This document shows, piece by piece, positions 56,944 through 64,000 of a stretch of DNA of 64,000 nt. The notes under the pieces are model-generated. The model made no database searches. It worked only from the letters and a program-made list of their open reading frames with translations, and was not told the origin of the DNA. The stretch is taken from positions 39,252-103,251 of the forward strand of contig JANNBN010000063.1 in the NCBI GenBank assembly GCA_031385545.1, read 5' to 3'. The translations under genes were made by a program, and so were the position numbers. The DNA is from Acidimicrobiia bacterium. GTDB taxonomy: Bacteria; Actinomycetota; Acidimicrobiia; Acidimicrobiales; JANYDT01. Each line of letters begins with the position of its first letter. The first letter of the stretch is position 1.

Positions 56944-57563
56944 CCCTTGTCGTCGACAACGTGTCGGTCGGCTTCGACGGGCAGCCAGTTTTGCAACGGT
57001 TCTCGCTGTCCATTCCGACGGGTACCGTCGTCGCGCTCACCGGCCGCAGCGGCAGCGGCAAGTCGACGCTGCTCAAGATCGTTGCAGGGTTGATGAAACC
57101 AACCTCCGGCACGGTCAGCTGGGACGGGATCGACCTCACGGGCGTACCGACGCATCGTCGCGAGGTCGGCATGGTCTTCCAGGATCGGGTGCTGTTTCCG
57201 CACCTCGATGTGTCCGGCAACATCGCCTTCGGGCTCCGCAACCGTGGAGCCGACAAGCGCGCAATCACGAACCGGGTCGGACAGCTCCTGGACCTGGTCG
57301 GCCTCGCCGGATTCGAAACGCGGCGGGTGGACACGCTGTCGGGTGGAGAGGCGCAACGGGTTGCTTTGGCCCGCGCGCTTGCTCCTCGTCCGCGGGTCCT
57401 GTTGCTGGATGAGCCGCTGGGTGCTCTTGACATCGACACCCGACGTCAGCTCACGACCGACCTCGCATCGCTGCTCCGGCACGACGGAACCACAGCGCTG
57501 CACGTCACGCACGATCCAGACGAAGCAGCGCAGGTTGCTGACGTCATTATCCGTATGCAGTAG
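56940..57563 (+). CDS. thiQ: Thiamine ABC transporter ATP-binding protein
   Basis: Walker A GRSGSGKST, signature LSGGEAQRVALAR, Walker B LLLDEP. ATGA overlap with the thiP stop. Confidence 0.9.
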   Translation: MTLVVDNVSVGFDGQPVLQRFSLSIPTGTVVALTGRSGSGKSTLLKIVAGLMKPTSGTVSWDGIDLTGVPTHRREVGMVFQDRVLFPHLDVSGNIAFGLRNRGADKRAITNRVGQLLDLVGLAGFETRRVDTLSGGEAQRVALARALAPRPRVLLLDEPLGALDIDTRRQLTTDLASLLRHDGTTALHVTHDPDEAAQVADVIIRMQ

Positions 57564-57605
57564 TCGGGCACCAAGTCGTCCTGTGAGCGACTTGGTGACC
57601 GACTA
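57561..57605 (+). terminator. Long hairpin TAGTCGGGCACCAAGTCG-N9-CGACTTGGTGACCGACTA starting at the thiQ stop codon
   Basis: 18-bp stem with one mismatch, read directly, at the end of the thi operon. Confidence 0.6.
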
Positions 57606-57777
57606 TCCCGCCTCGCGGGCACCGAGCCGGACGGGCCGGCCCCCGCCACCGCCGTTCCACCCGACGATGTGAGGACCGGCCCGCGAAAACCTCCCCGTCA
57701 AGGAACGTGAACCGTGAAGACCGCGAGAGTGACAGGACGCATCCGTCGAGCGTCCAGCCACCCCCGTCACAACTCGG

Positions 57778-58404
57778 CTAGTTGATCCGCTCGATGAGGC
57801 GGCTCTGGCCCGACCCGGGTAGGAACAGGTCGCCAACGACGCCAGCCATCTTCTGGAAGGCAGCATCCGTTCCCATCGCGGTCTGGAACGCATCGATCTC
57901 GGCCATGGAGTCAGCCCCGGTGATCCAGCCGACCTGGCCGTACGGCCCAAAGGGGTTGGTCCCGAACGCACTCTGCAGGCCGGTCAATTTGGAGAGGTGC
58001 TGCTGCACCTCGACACCGAACTGCACGGCTTCGCCGACCTTGCCCCCAGCGGCCATGGCGACCGTCGAGGCGTAGTACTTCTTCGGCTTCGCGTCGAACG
58101 TGGTCGACACGATGTTCATCAGCGCATCCTCCGGGCTTCCGACGAACAGACTGCGATTCTGCTGCATCTCCGCTGCGAGACCGGGGTCGGCGGCCAGTTT
58201 TCCCTTCATCGTCTCCAGGTCGGCCAGCGAATCAAGCCGGGTGGACCAGGAGAGGGTGGTGACCGGTGCACCGAAATGGGTGACGTACGCCCGGATCGGG
58301 TGCCCCGACACGGCTTCGACCTTGGCGGCGATCGAAACGGCGAATGCGAGTGCTTCGGGATATCGATCAGCGATCGCCAGACTGGTGCGGTTATAGATGT
58401 ACAT
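57778..58404 (-). CDS. Hypothetical protein (208 aa) made of two homologous ~100-aa halves
   Basis: Start MYIYNRT (58404), preceded by AAGGAG. The halves align by eye: A..F.V...... near each N-terminus, and S[LM]A[DE][LI][ED] followed by LF..[GS]. This suggests a duplicated small alpha/beta (ferredoxin-like) domain. Confidence 0.62.
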   Translation of the reverse strand: MYIYNRTSLAIADRYPEALAFAVSIAAKVEAVSGHPIRAYVTHFGAPVTTLSWSTRLDSLADLETMKGKLAADPGLAAEMQQNRSLFVGSPEDALMNIVSTTFDAKPKKYYASTVAMAAGGKVGEAVQFGVEVQQHLSKLTGLQSAFGTNPFGPYGQVGWITGADSMAEIDAFQTAMGTDAAFQKMAGVVGDLFLPGSGQSRLIERIN

Positions 58405-58598
58405 CGTGGTTCTCCTTGTGGAAAGGGCGCTGAGGTTCGGCCCCGCTGGCTCTGGACTGTCTCCTGCAGTGACTCTGGACTGTCTCTGGACGGCTCGGCC
58501 TTCTACCGCACCGTGCGTGCCCTGCTCGCTCGGCGTATGGTCATCGTGTGCCCGGAAGGACCCGCCTTCCGTGATGAAGATCACGCAAAGCTGGAATA

Positions 58599-58686
58599 CC
58601 CACTTCCAGCCCCACGTTCACCCCACTTTCACCCCACGTTCGCCCCACTTTCGCCCCACGTTCACCCCACGTTCACCGCACGCACC
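58599..58686. repeat. 11-bp tandem array, about 8 units (consensus CCCCACKTTCR)
   Basis: Read directly: CCCACTTCCAG / CCCCACGTTCA / CCCCACTTTCA / CCCCACGTTCG / CCCCACTTTCG / CCCCACGTTCA / CCCCACGTTCA / CCGCACGCACC. It lies in the 322-bp divergent intergenic region, 41 bp upstream of the crp-family start. Confidence 0.92.
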
Positions 58687-58726
58687 CAGAACGGGCCCTG
58701 AGCGGCCGCAGAAACGGAACAAAGAC

Positions 58727-59386
58727 ATGGATGAGGCCCAGACGCTGGGAGCCTTCATCGCAGCACGCGGACGCAAGGTCCGCGTGCGCAGCGGCGAAGT
58801 GCTGTTCCGAGAGGGCGACGTTTCATCGGCCGTGTACGCAATCATCAGCGGGCGCATCAACCTGTTCATCACCACGCCGACGGGGCGCGATCTGATTCTG
58901 GGGTTCAAGGTGCCGGTACAGGGGTTCGGCGAGCTGTCAGCCATCGACGCCGGGCCTCGGTCGGCGAGCGCAGTCGCAATGGAGTCCACGCTCATCGCCC
59001 AGATGACCGGCGACGAATTCCTCGACGAGTTGCAACACGTTCCTGTGCTCTCGCTCGTCGTGCTACGAGGGCTGGCCGAGCAACTCCGTGCGCTGAACAC
59101 GCGTATCTCCGCCCGGAGCTCTGATCACACGCCGCAACGGGTCGGCCAGCTGTTGATCGAGCTGGCGGTGAAGTTCCGGCGCCACAGCCCGACTGCGGGC
59201 AGCGTGGTCATTCCCGTGTCACAGGAAGAGGTGGCCGCCTGGGTCGGGTCCACCCGTGAGGCAACAGCCCGGGCCCTCGCTCTGTTTCGAAAGGCCGGCG
59301 CGGTCGAAACCGGACGCAATCGGATCGTCATCGCCGACGGCAATGCGTTGCTGCAGGTGATGCGCGCATCAGCCGACTCGCTGTAA
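58727..59386 (+). CDS. Crp/Fnr-family transcriptional regulator
   Basis: cNMP-binding-like beta-roll (LFREGD...YAIISGRINLF...GELSAIDAGPRSASAVA) and a C-terminal HTH (SQEEVAAWVGSTREATARALALFRKAG). The start is set at MDEAQTL (58727). Confidence 0.88.
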   Translation: MDEAQTLGAFIAARGRKVRVRSGEVLFREGDVSSAVYAIISGRINLFITTPTGRDLILGFKVPVQGFGELSAIDAGPRSASAVAMESTLIAQMTGDEFLDELQHVPVLSLVVLRGLAEQLRALNTRISARSSDHTPQRVGQLLIELAVKFRRHSPTAGSVVIPVSQEEVAAWVGSTREATARALALFRKAGAVETGRNRIVIADGNALLQVMRASADSL

Positions 59387-59396
59387 CCCCACGCGA

Positions 59397-59431
59397 GTGC
59401 ATGAGATCGGCCTCAAACCGATTTCGTGCAC
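59397..59431 (+). terminator. REP-like hairpin GTGCATGAGATCGG-CCTCAAA-CCGATTTCGTGCAC after the crp-family gene (family member 2; see 32770-32806)
   Basis: The 14-position stem is fully paired as plus-strand RNA if two G-U wobbles are allowed. It lies 10 nt after the stop at 59386. Confidence 0.6.
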
Positions 59432-59542
59432 ACTCTTCTCATCGCCTCTCGTTCTGAGAATCCGCAATCCAACTTCCTCGCCGTTTCGAACAGGCATCAC
59501 AACCGGCTGATACAACTGGCCCGGAGGAAGGAGGCGCAAACA

Positions 59543-60154
59543 ATGACCGAAGCAGCAAATGTGACAGACAGCGAGCTGATGGCCCTGGTTGCGCACCGAG
59601 ACGAGCAGGCGTCCACTGCCATGGCCGAGCTGTACGCCCGGTACGGCGGGACAGTATTTGCGCTGGCAGCTCGCGTTCTGGGTGATCGCCAGTTGGCCGA
59701 GGACGTCGCTCAAGAAGTGTTCTTGGCCGTCTGGAACAACGCCATCGGATTCGATCCCGACCGGGGCAAACTACGCACGCTGCTGATGACACGCACACAC
59801 GGTCGCTGTGTCGACATCATCAGATCCCGCAATGCCCGTTCCGGGCGCGAGGCCAAAGTCTCCGACGATCGAAGCCGTCCGCTACCCGACGCAGTGGATC
59901 ATGAAATCACCGCACTCACTGACGCCGAGATGGTTCGGCGCGCAGTCGATGGGTTGCCGCTCGACGAGCGCACCGTTCTGCAGTTGGCCTATTTCGGTGC
60001 CAACACCTACCGAGAAGTTGCCGCCATTCTGTCGCTCCCCGAAGGGACCGTGAAGACCAGGATGCGATCCGCGCTGAAACGCCTGAGAGCTGAACTCAGC
60101 GAACCGTTTTTCGGAACCCCCGTCCGTAACTTGCCCATCGAGGCCGAGCCATGA
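59543..60154 (+). CDS. ECF (group IV) sigma-70 factor, SigK-like by partner
   Basis: Region 2 (LYARYGGTVFALAARVLGDRQLAEDVAQEVFLAVW) and region 4 (LAYFGANTYREVAAILSLPEGTVKTRMRSAL). Strong SD GGAGGAAGGAGG upstream of ATG 59543. Confidence 0.9.
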   Translation: MTEAANVTDSELMALVAHRDEQASTAMAELYARYGGTVFALAARVLGDRQLAEDVAQEVFLAVWNNAIGFDPDRGKLRTLLMTRTHGRCVDIIRSRNARSGREAKVSDDRSRPLPDAVDHEITALTDAEMVRRAVDGLPLDERTVLQLAYFGANTYREVAAILSLPEGTVKTRMRSALKRLRAELSEPFFGTPVRNLPIEAEP

Positions 60155-60939
60155 GCAACATACGACCATTCGACCACCAGCGTTATAGGGACCTTCTGGC
60201 ACCGTTTGCACTGGATGCTCTTGACGACGAGGAACGTCTCGACGTAGCCGATCATCTGCTGGAGTGCGATGCCTGCACAGTCGACGTCGATGATCTACTC
60301 GACACGACGTCGGTCCTTGCGCTCAGCGAAACCGAACCACCGCCGGCAGCGCTGTGGGACCGGATCACGTCCGGGATGAACGCTCCCGAGGTCGACCTCA
60401 CGATTGCGCCGCCGGCGCAGGACACCGTGGTGCGAGCCCTTCGGAACGAACCCGAACCGCTCGCACCTGTCATCAACCTTGCCGACCGCCGCCGCGTCAA
60501 ACCGTGGATTGCTGCAGTCGCCGGTGCCGCCGCCGCGTCAGCTCTGGTGATCCCCATCACGAGATCGACCTTGCAGCCGAAAGCACCATCGTTCAACCTT
60601 GCGCAGATGGCGGCTGAACAGGCAAAGGTTCCGGGCACCCGTCGTATCGACCTGATATCCACCGATGGCAATGCCCAGCGAATGGGCGATGTGATCGTGA
60701 CCAGCGACGGTAAGGGATACATCAGAATGGATGACGCCGAGCAGCTTCCCGACGACCGCACCTACCAACTTTGGACGGTGGTCGATGGCAAGCCTGTGTC
60801 CGCAGGGCTGCTGGGAAGGAAACCTTCGGTGGCCGCGTTCGCCATCAGCTCCAACGCCGTTGCGGTTGCGGTCTCGGTCGAGAAGGCCTCAGGAGCACCA
60901 GCTCCCGAGATCGGGGCGATCGCGGTGGCAACTTTCTAG
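60151..60939 (+). CDS. Anti-sigma factor, zf-HC2 N-terminus and RskA-type C-terminal domain
   Basis: APFALDALDDEERLDVADHLLECDAC, a central TM helix (WIAAVAGAAAASALVI), and a C-terminal YQLWTVVDGKPVSAGLL block typical of anti-sigma-K RskA. ATGA overlap with the sigma gene. Confidence 0.85.
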   Translation: MSNIRPFDHQRYRDLLAPFALDALDDEERLDVADHLLECDACTVDVDDLLDTTSVLALSETEPPPAALWDRITSGMNAPEVDLTIAPPAQDTVVRALRNEPEPLAPVINLADRRRVKPWIAAVAGAAAASALVIPITRSTLQPKAPSFNLAQMAAEQAKVPGTRRIDLISTDGNAQRMGDVIVTSDGKGYIRMDDAEQLPDDRTYQLWTVVDGKPVSAGLLGRKPSVAAFAISSNAVAVAVSVEKASGAPAPEIGAIAVATF

Positions 60940-60961
60940 CGACAGGTGCAACGATGGGCCG

Positions 60962-63373
60962 GTGCTCGCCCCCTACCGCGTCATCGACCTGACCGACGCC
61001 CGCGCCGAGCTGGCCACTTTCGTCATGGCCGGGTTGGGGGCCGATGTCATCAAGGTCGAGCCGCCCATTGGTTCCACGTCGCGAGGGAACAGCGAGGACC
61101 CTCGGTTCCACGCATATAACCGCGGCAAACGCAGCGTCGTGCTTGACCTCGAGACGGCTGGTGGTCGGGCGATCGTGCTTCAGCTAGTTGCCACTGCCGA
61201 TTTTGTATTCGAGAATGCCGCGCCGGGTGAGATGGCCGCGCGTGGTCTCGGGTTTGACGTCATGAGGTCAGTCCGCCCCGACATCGTCCATGTCGCAATC
61301 ACGCCGTTCGGACAGACGGGGCCGTTCGCCAATCACCTGGCCACCGACCTCACGCTGTCCGCCATGGGTGGGTCCATGGCGCTCAACGGTGATCAGGATC
61401 GACGCCCCGTCCGAATAACCGTTCCCCAGACATGGCACCACGCAGCTGCGGAGAGCGTCGTCGGAGCACTGGTCGCACATCATCGTCGGGTAGCAAGCGG
61501 CGAAGCTCAGTTCGTCGATGTCTCGGTGCAGACTGCGGTGTTCTGGACCGGGTTACAGGCCATGACCGCGCACGCGATTCAGGGCCGCAATATCGAACGC
61601 AACGGAACCGTGTTACAGCTCACCCGAGCAATCCCGCTTGTCTACCCGTGCGCCGACGGCGAGGTCTGCCTCATCCTCACCGGCGCGACGCTTCAGACCC
61701 TTCTCGCGTGGATGGTCGATGCCGGAACGGTCACCGCCGACTGGGTCGCCAAAGAGGACTGGGCGTCCTACGAACTACGTACGCTTACGGGTGACGCCCT
61801 CGCAATCTCCCTCGAAGAATTGCGCGAGACGGTCACCGCCTATCTGCGGACCCAGACGAAGGCCGGGTTGTTCGCCCGGGGACTGAGCGATGGTGCGACC
61901 ATCGCGCCCGTGAACACGGCGGCGGACGTGGTCGCGTTCCAACAGCTGAAGTCACGCGACTACTGGCGAGAAATCACGCTCGGCACCGGCGAACCCATTC
62001 GGTTGCCAGGGCCGTTCGCGAAAGCATCGAAAACACCCATCGAGTGGACACTTCCTGCGCCAACGCTCGGCGCGCATACCAATGAGGTGCTTGGGTCACT
62101 CGGGTCCACCCGCCAAACTCGAAACCGTCTCGCGACCGTTCCGACGAGCAGTGAAGACGCGACACGCCTTCCGCTCGAGGGCGTGAAGGTCGCCGACTTC
62201 TCGTGGATCGGTGTCGGGCCCATCACGGCAAAGGCCCTTGCCGATAATGGGGCGACAGTCATCCGCATCGAGACGGACAAGCCGCTCGACCGGCTGCGCA
62301 TGACCGGCCCCTTCAAGGACAACATCGCCGGCGTGAACCGCTGCCAGTTCTTCGGGTCGTTCAATACGTCCAAGCTCTCACTCGGCGTGAACCTGAAAAC
62401 ACCCCAGGGTCATGCCATAGCGCTTCGACTGCTGCAGTGGTGCGACGTTGCGCTCGACTCGTTCACCGCCGGAACGATGGACAAGAACGGGCTCGGATAC
62501 GAGGTGGCCTGCGCGGTCAACCCCGGGATCATCATGGCCGAAACATGCCTTCTCGGGCAGACCGGCCCCGCTGCAAAAATGTCGGGCTACGGCTACCACG
62601 CAGCGGCGGTGAGCGGCTTCTACGAGGTCACCGGCTGGGATGATCGATCACCCGGCGGCCCGTTCAACGCCTACACCGATACGGTCGCTCCCCGATTTCT
62701 GGCGTCGACGCTTCTGGCCGCACTGGACCATCGCCGCCCCACCGGCGAAGGCCAATACATCGACCAGGCGCAGATGGAATCAGCACTGCATTTTCTCTCG
62801 CCCGAGCTGATCGACGTGCAGCTCACCGGTGTGAGTGCCCGACGCAATGGGAACTACTCCCCCAACGCATGTCCGCACGACGCGTATCCGTGCGCAGGGG
62901 AGGACCAGTGGTGCGCCATCGCGGTCGAGACCGATGAGCAGTGGCAGGCACTGCGGACTGCGCTCGGCAACCCAGCATGGGCCGCATCTCCAGAACTCGG
63001 AACTCTTGCGGGTAGACAAGTCGGTCTGGCCATGATCGACGCTGCCATCGGCGCGTTCACACGGGTCCATGAACCACGTGCGCTGATGAATTTGCTCCAG
63101 GCCGCTGGTGTCCCCGCAGGGATGGTGCAACGGTCCAGCGATCATCAGGTCGACCCGCAGCTTGCACACCGCTCGTTCTTCCGGCACCTCGAGCACCCGG
63201 AGATGGGGACGGTCCCGTACGAAGGCCATCAGTACCGAATCAGCGGTTACGACAACGGGCCGCGGTTCCCCGCGCCGTGTTTGGGCGAGCACACCTTCGA
63301 GTTCCTGACCGGCGTGCTCGGCCTCTCGGATGAGGAAATTGCCGAGGCCTACGCCTCCGGCGCCGTCAGCTGA
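60962..63373 (+). CDS. Tandem-domain family III (CaiB/BaiF) CoA-transferase, ~803 aa
   Basis: There are two complete CaiB/BaiF-like units, each with an N-terminal block (YRVIDLTDARAELATFVMAGLGADVIKVEPP and VKVADFSWIGVGPITAKALADNGATVIRIE). GTG 60962 is the first in-frame start after the anti-sigma stop. Confidence 0.83.
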   Translation: MLAPYRVIDLTDARAELATFVMAGLGADVIKVEPPIGSTSRGNSEDPRFHAYNRGKRSVVLDLETAGGRAIVLQLVATADFVFENAAPGEMAARGLGFDVMRSVRPDIVHVAITPFGQTGPFANHLATDLTLSAMGGSMALNGDQDRRPVRITVPQTWHHAAAESVVGALVAHHRRVASGEAQFVDVSVQTAVFWTGLQAMTAHAIQGRNIERNGTVLQLTRAIPLVYPCADGEVCLILTGATLQTLLAWMVDAGTVTADWVAKEDWASYELRTLTGDALAISLEELRETVTAYLRTQTKAGLFARGLSDGATIAPVNTAADVVAFQQLKSRDYWREITLGTGEPIRLPGPFAKASKTPIEWTLPAPTLGAHTNEVLGSLGSTRQTRNRLATVPTSSEDATRLPLEGVKVADFSWIGVGPITAKALADNGATVIRIETDKPLDRLRMTGPFKDNIAGVNRCQFFGSFNTSKLSLGVNLKTPQGHAIALRLLQWCDVALDSFTAGTMDKNGLGYEVACAVNPGIIMAETCLLGQTGPAAKMSGYGYHAAAVSGFYEVTGWDDRSPGGPFNAYTDTVAPRFLASTLLAALDHRRPTGEGQYIDQAQMESALHFLSPELIDVQLTGVSARRNGNYSPNACPHDAYPCAGEDQWCAIAVETDEQWQALRTALGNPAWAASPELGTLAGRQVGLAMIDAAIGAFTRVHEPRALMNLLQAAGVPAGMVQRSSDHQVDPQLAHRSFFRHLEHPEMGTVPYEGHQYRISGYDNGPRFPAPCLGEHTFEFLTGVLGLSDEEIAEAYASGAVS

Positions 63374-63438
63374 CTACCGGCTGCAACGCGGGGATGCCTG
63401 CGGCGCGATGATCCAGCGGGCTGCCGCACGGCGTCATA

Positions 63439-63486
63439 CTTCGAGCACTTCGAGCACTTCGTGTGCCTCGTGGTTGGCGTGGTTGG
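63439..63486. repeat. Two adjacent 9-bp tandem duplications (CTTCGAGCA x2 plus degenerate third; CGTGGTTGG x2)
   Basis: Read directly, in the 157-bp intergenic region. Confidence 0.85.
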
Positions 63487-63530
63487 CGTCATGGTGCAAT
63501 CCGGACGCTCCGCCGCCACGAACGACCCGC

Positions 63531-64000
63531 ATGAGTGCTCTCGAACCCCCACGTCACCAGACGGTTCTTCGACGCAGGAGCGCCGGCTTCATCGGCCTCC
63601 TCGCAGCTGGCGCGGGCCTCTCGGCAGGTGAGCTGCTCGCCAGCACGGTGGACGGGATGTTGTCACCCGTGATAGGTGTCGGAAATCGAGCCGTCGATCT
63701 AGCTCCTCCTCCGGTCAAACGATTCGCCATCGCCACGTTCGGGACGCACGACAAGCAGGCTCTGTTGCTCGGTATGGGAGCGGCCATCGCTGTTTTCGCG
63801 ATCGCCGTCGGTGTACTCAGTCGGCGAAGGCGGATGGTGGGAATTGTCGGACTGGTCAGCTTCGGAGCACTCGGCGCGTTTGCAGCCGCCTCCGGAAGAA
63901 CCGGCGGACTCATGGCCGCTATTCCATCCGTCGTTGCCGCTCTGGTAGCCATCGTCGCGTTGCTGGCAATCATGAGAGCGGCTGGCCCCGACCCCGTTGC
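63531..64000 (+). CDS. Partial CDS (N-terminus only): membrane-anchored protein resembling the N-terminal region of actinobacterial molybdopterin-dependent (sulfite-oxidase-like) oxidoreductases
   Basis: Hand translation of a frame that runs off the window and is therefore absent from the ORF track: MSALEPPRHQTVLRRRSAGFIGLLAAGAGLSAGELLASTVDGMLSPVIGVGNRAVDLAPPPVKRFAIATFGTHDKQALLLGMG..., followed by further TM helices. The listed minus-strand ORF 63554..63973 is Ala/Pro/Thr-rich and looks like its antisense shadow. The family call is from memory of similar N-termini and is tentative. Confidence 0.5.
   Translation, partial: MSALEPPRHQTVLRRRSAGFIGLLAAGAGLSAGELLASTVDGMLSPVIGVGNRAVDLAPPPVKRFAIATFGTHDKQALLLGMGAAIAVFAIAVGVLSRRRRMVGIVGLVSFGALGAFAAASGRTGGLMAAIPSVVAALVAIVALLAIMRAAGPDPV

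Noticed and set aside
55293-57512. Very long ORFs antisense to well-supported genes. Examples are 55293..57512 (-) 739 aa, 7428..9341 (+) 637 aa, 18215..19594 (+) 459 aa, 48453..49886 (+) 477 aa, 51462..52892 (+) 476 aa, 3438..4550 (-) 370 aa, 28043..29077 (-) 344 aa and 42625..43587 (+) 320 aa.
   Set aside because: These are typical high-GC shadow ORFs. They are rich in Arg, Pro, Gly, Ala and His, carry no recognisable motifs, and each fully overlaps an opposite-strand or alternate-frame gene with clear family signatures.
58397-58726. The N-terminal 110-codon extension of the Crp-family ORF, which reads through the 11-bp array as PHVHPTFTPRSPHFRPTFTPRSPH.
   Set aside because: An 11-bp unit is not a multiple of three, so the frame rotates through the units. 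The extension overlaps the divergent gene's start region, and Crp-family proteins begin near the chosen Met (58727).

Overview
This 64-kb window comes from a high-GC, Actinomycetota-type chromosome. I judge the lineage by eye from gene content: pepA ... lpd-E2-lipB/lipA synteny, an RskA-type anti-sigma factor, an LpdA-like flavoprotein and Thr/Pro-rich secreted proteins. It is densely coding, with about 57 supportable CDS. I found no rRNA, tRNA, transposase, integrase, cas gene or prophage signature, so it reads as core chromosome rather than an obvious accessory island.

Gene content:
- An OmpR/HK two-component system preceded by a secreted repeat protein.
- Four histidine-utilisation genes (hutF, hutU, hutH, hutI), all on the minus strand and interleaved with unrelated genes.
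- Three B12-related genes: a methylmalonyl-CoA mutase large subunit, MeaB and a PduO-type adenosyltransferase.
- An lpd-E2 operon followed by a single ORF that fuses LipB and LipA.
- A TPP riboswitch in front of a thiamine pyrophosphokinase-thiBPQ salvage operon.
- A DUF1800/DUF1501 pair whose DUF1501 member carries a 292-aa Thr/Ser/Pro-rich tail.
- A Crp-family regulator, an ECF sigma/anti-sigma pair and a tandem-domain family III CoA-transferase.
- An orphan 800-aa HerA/YjgR-like P-loop ATPase next to a rhodanese-ThiF (E1-like) protein and a canonical sirtuin.

I did not find a convincing multi-gene novel system. The observations most worth a second look are:
- several families of intergenic palindromic or nested-hairpin repeats, which recur in a 'one arm plus two opposite arms' or 'two plus two' layout;
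- an 11-bp x ~8 tandem array in the crp promoter region;
- in-frame short tandem repeats at gene termini, especially the N-termini of the two first thiamine-operon genes;
- the LipB-LipA fusion;
- the orphan HerA-like ATPase.

All family assignments are motif recognition by eye. No searches were run, and start codons are best guesses.
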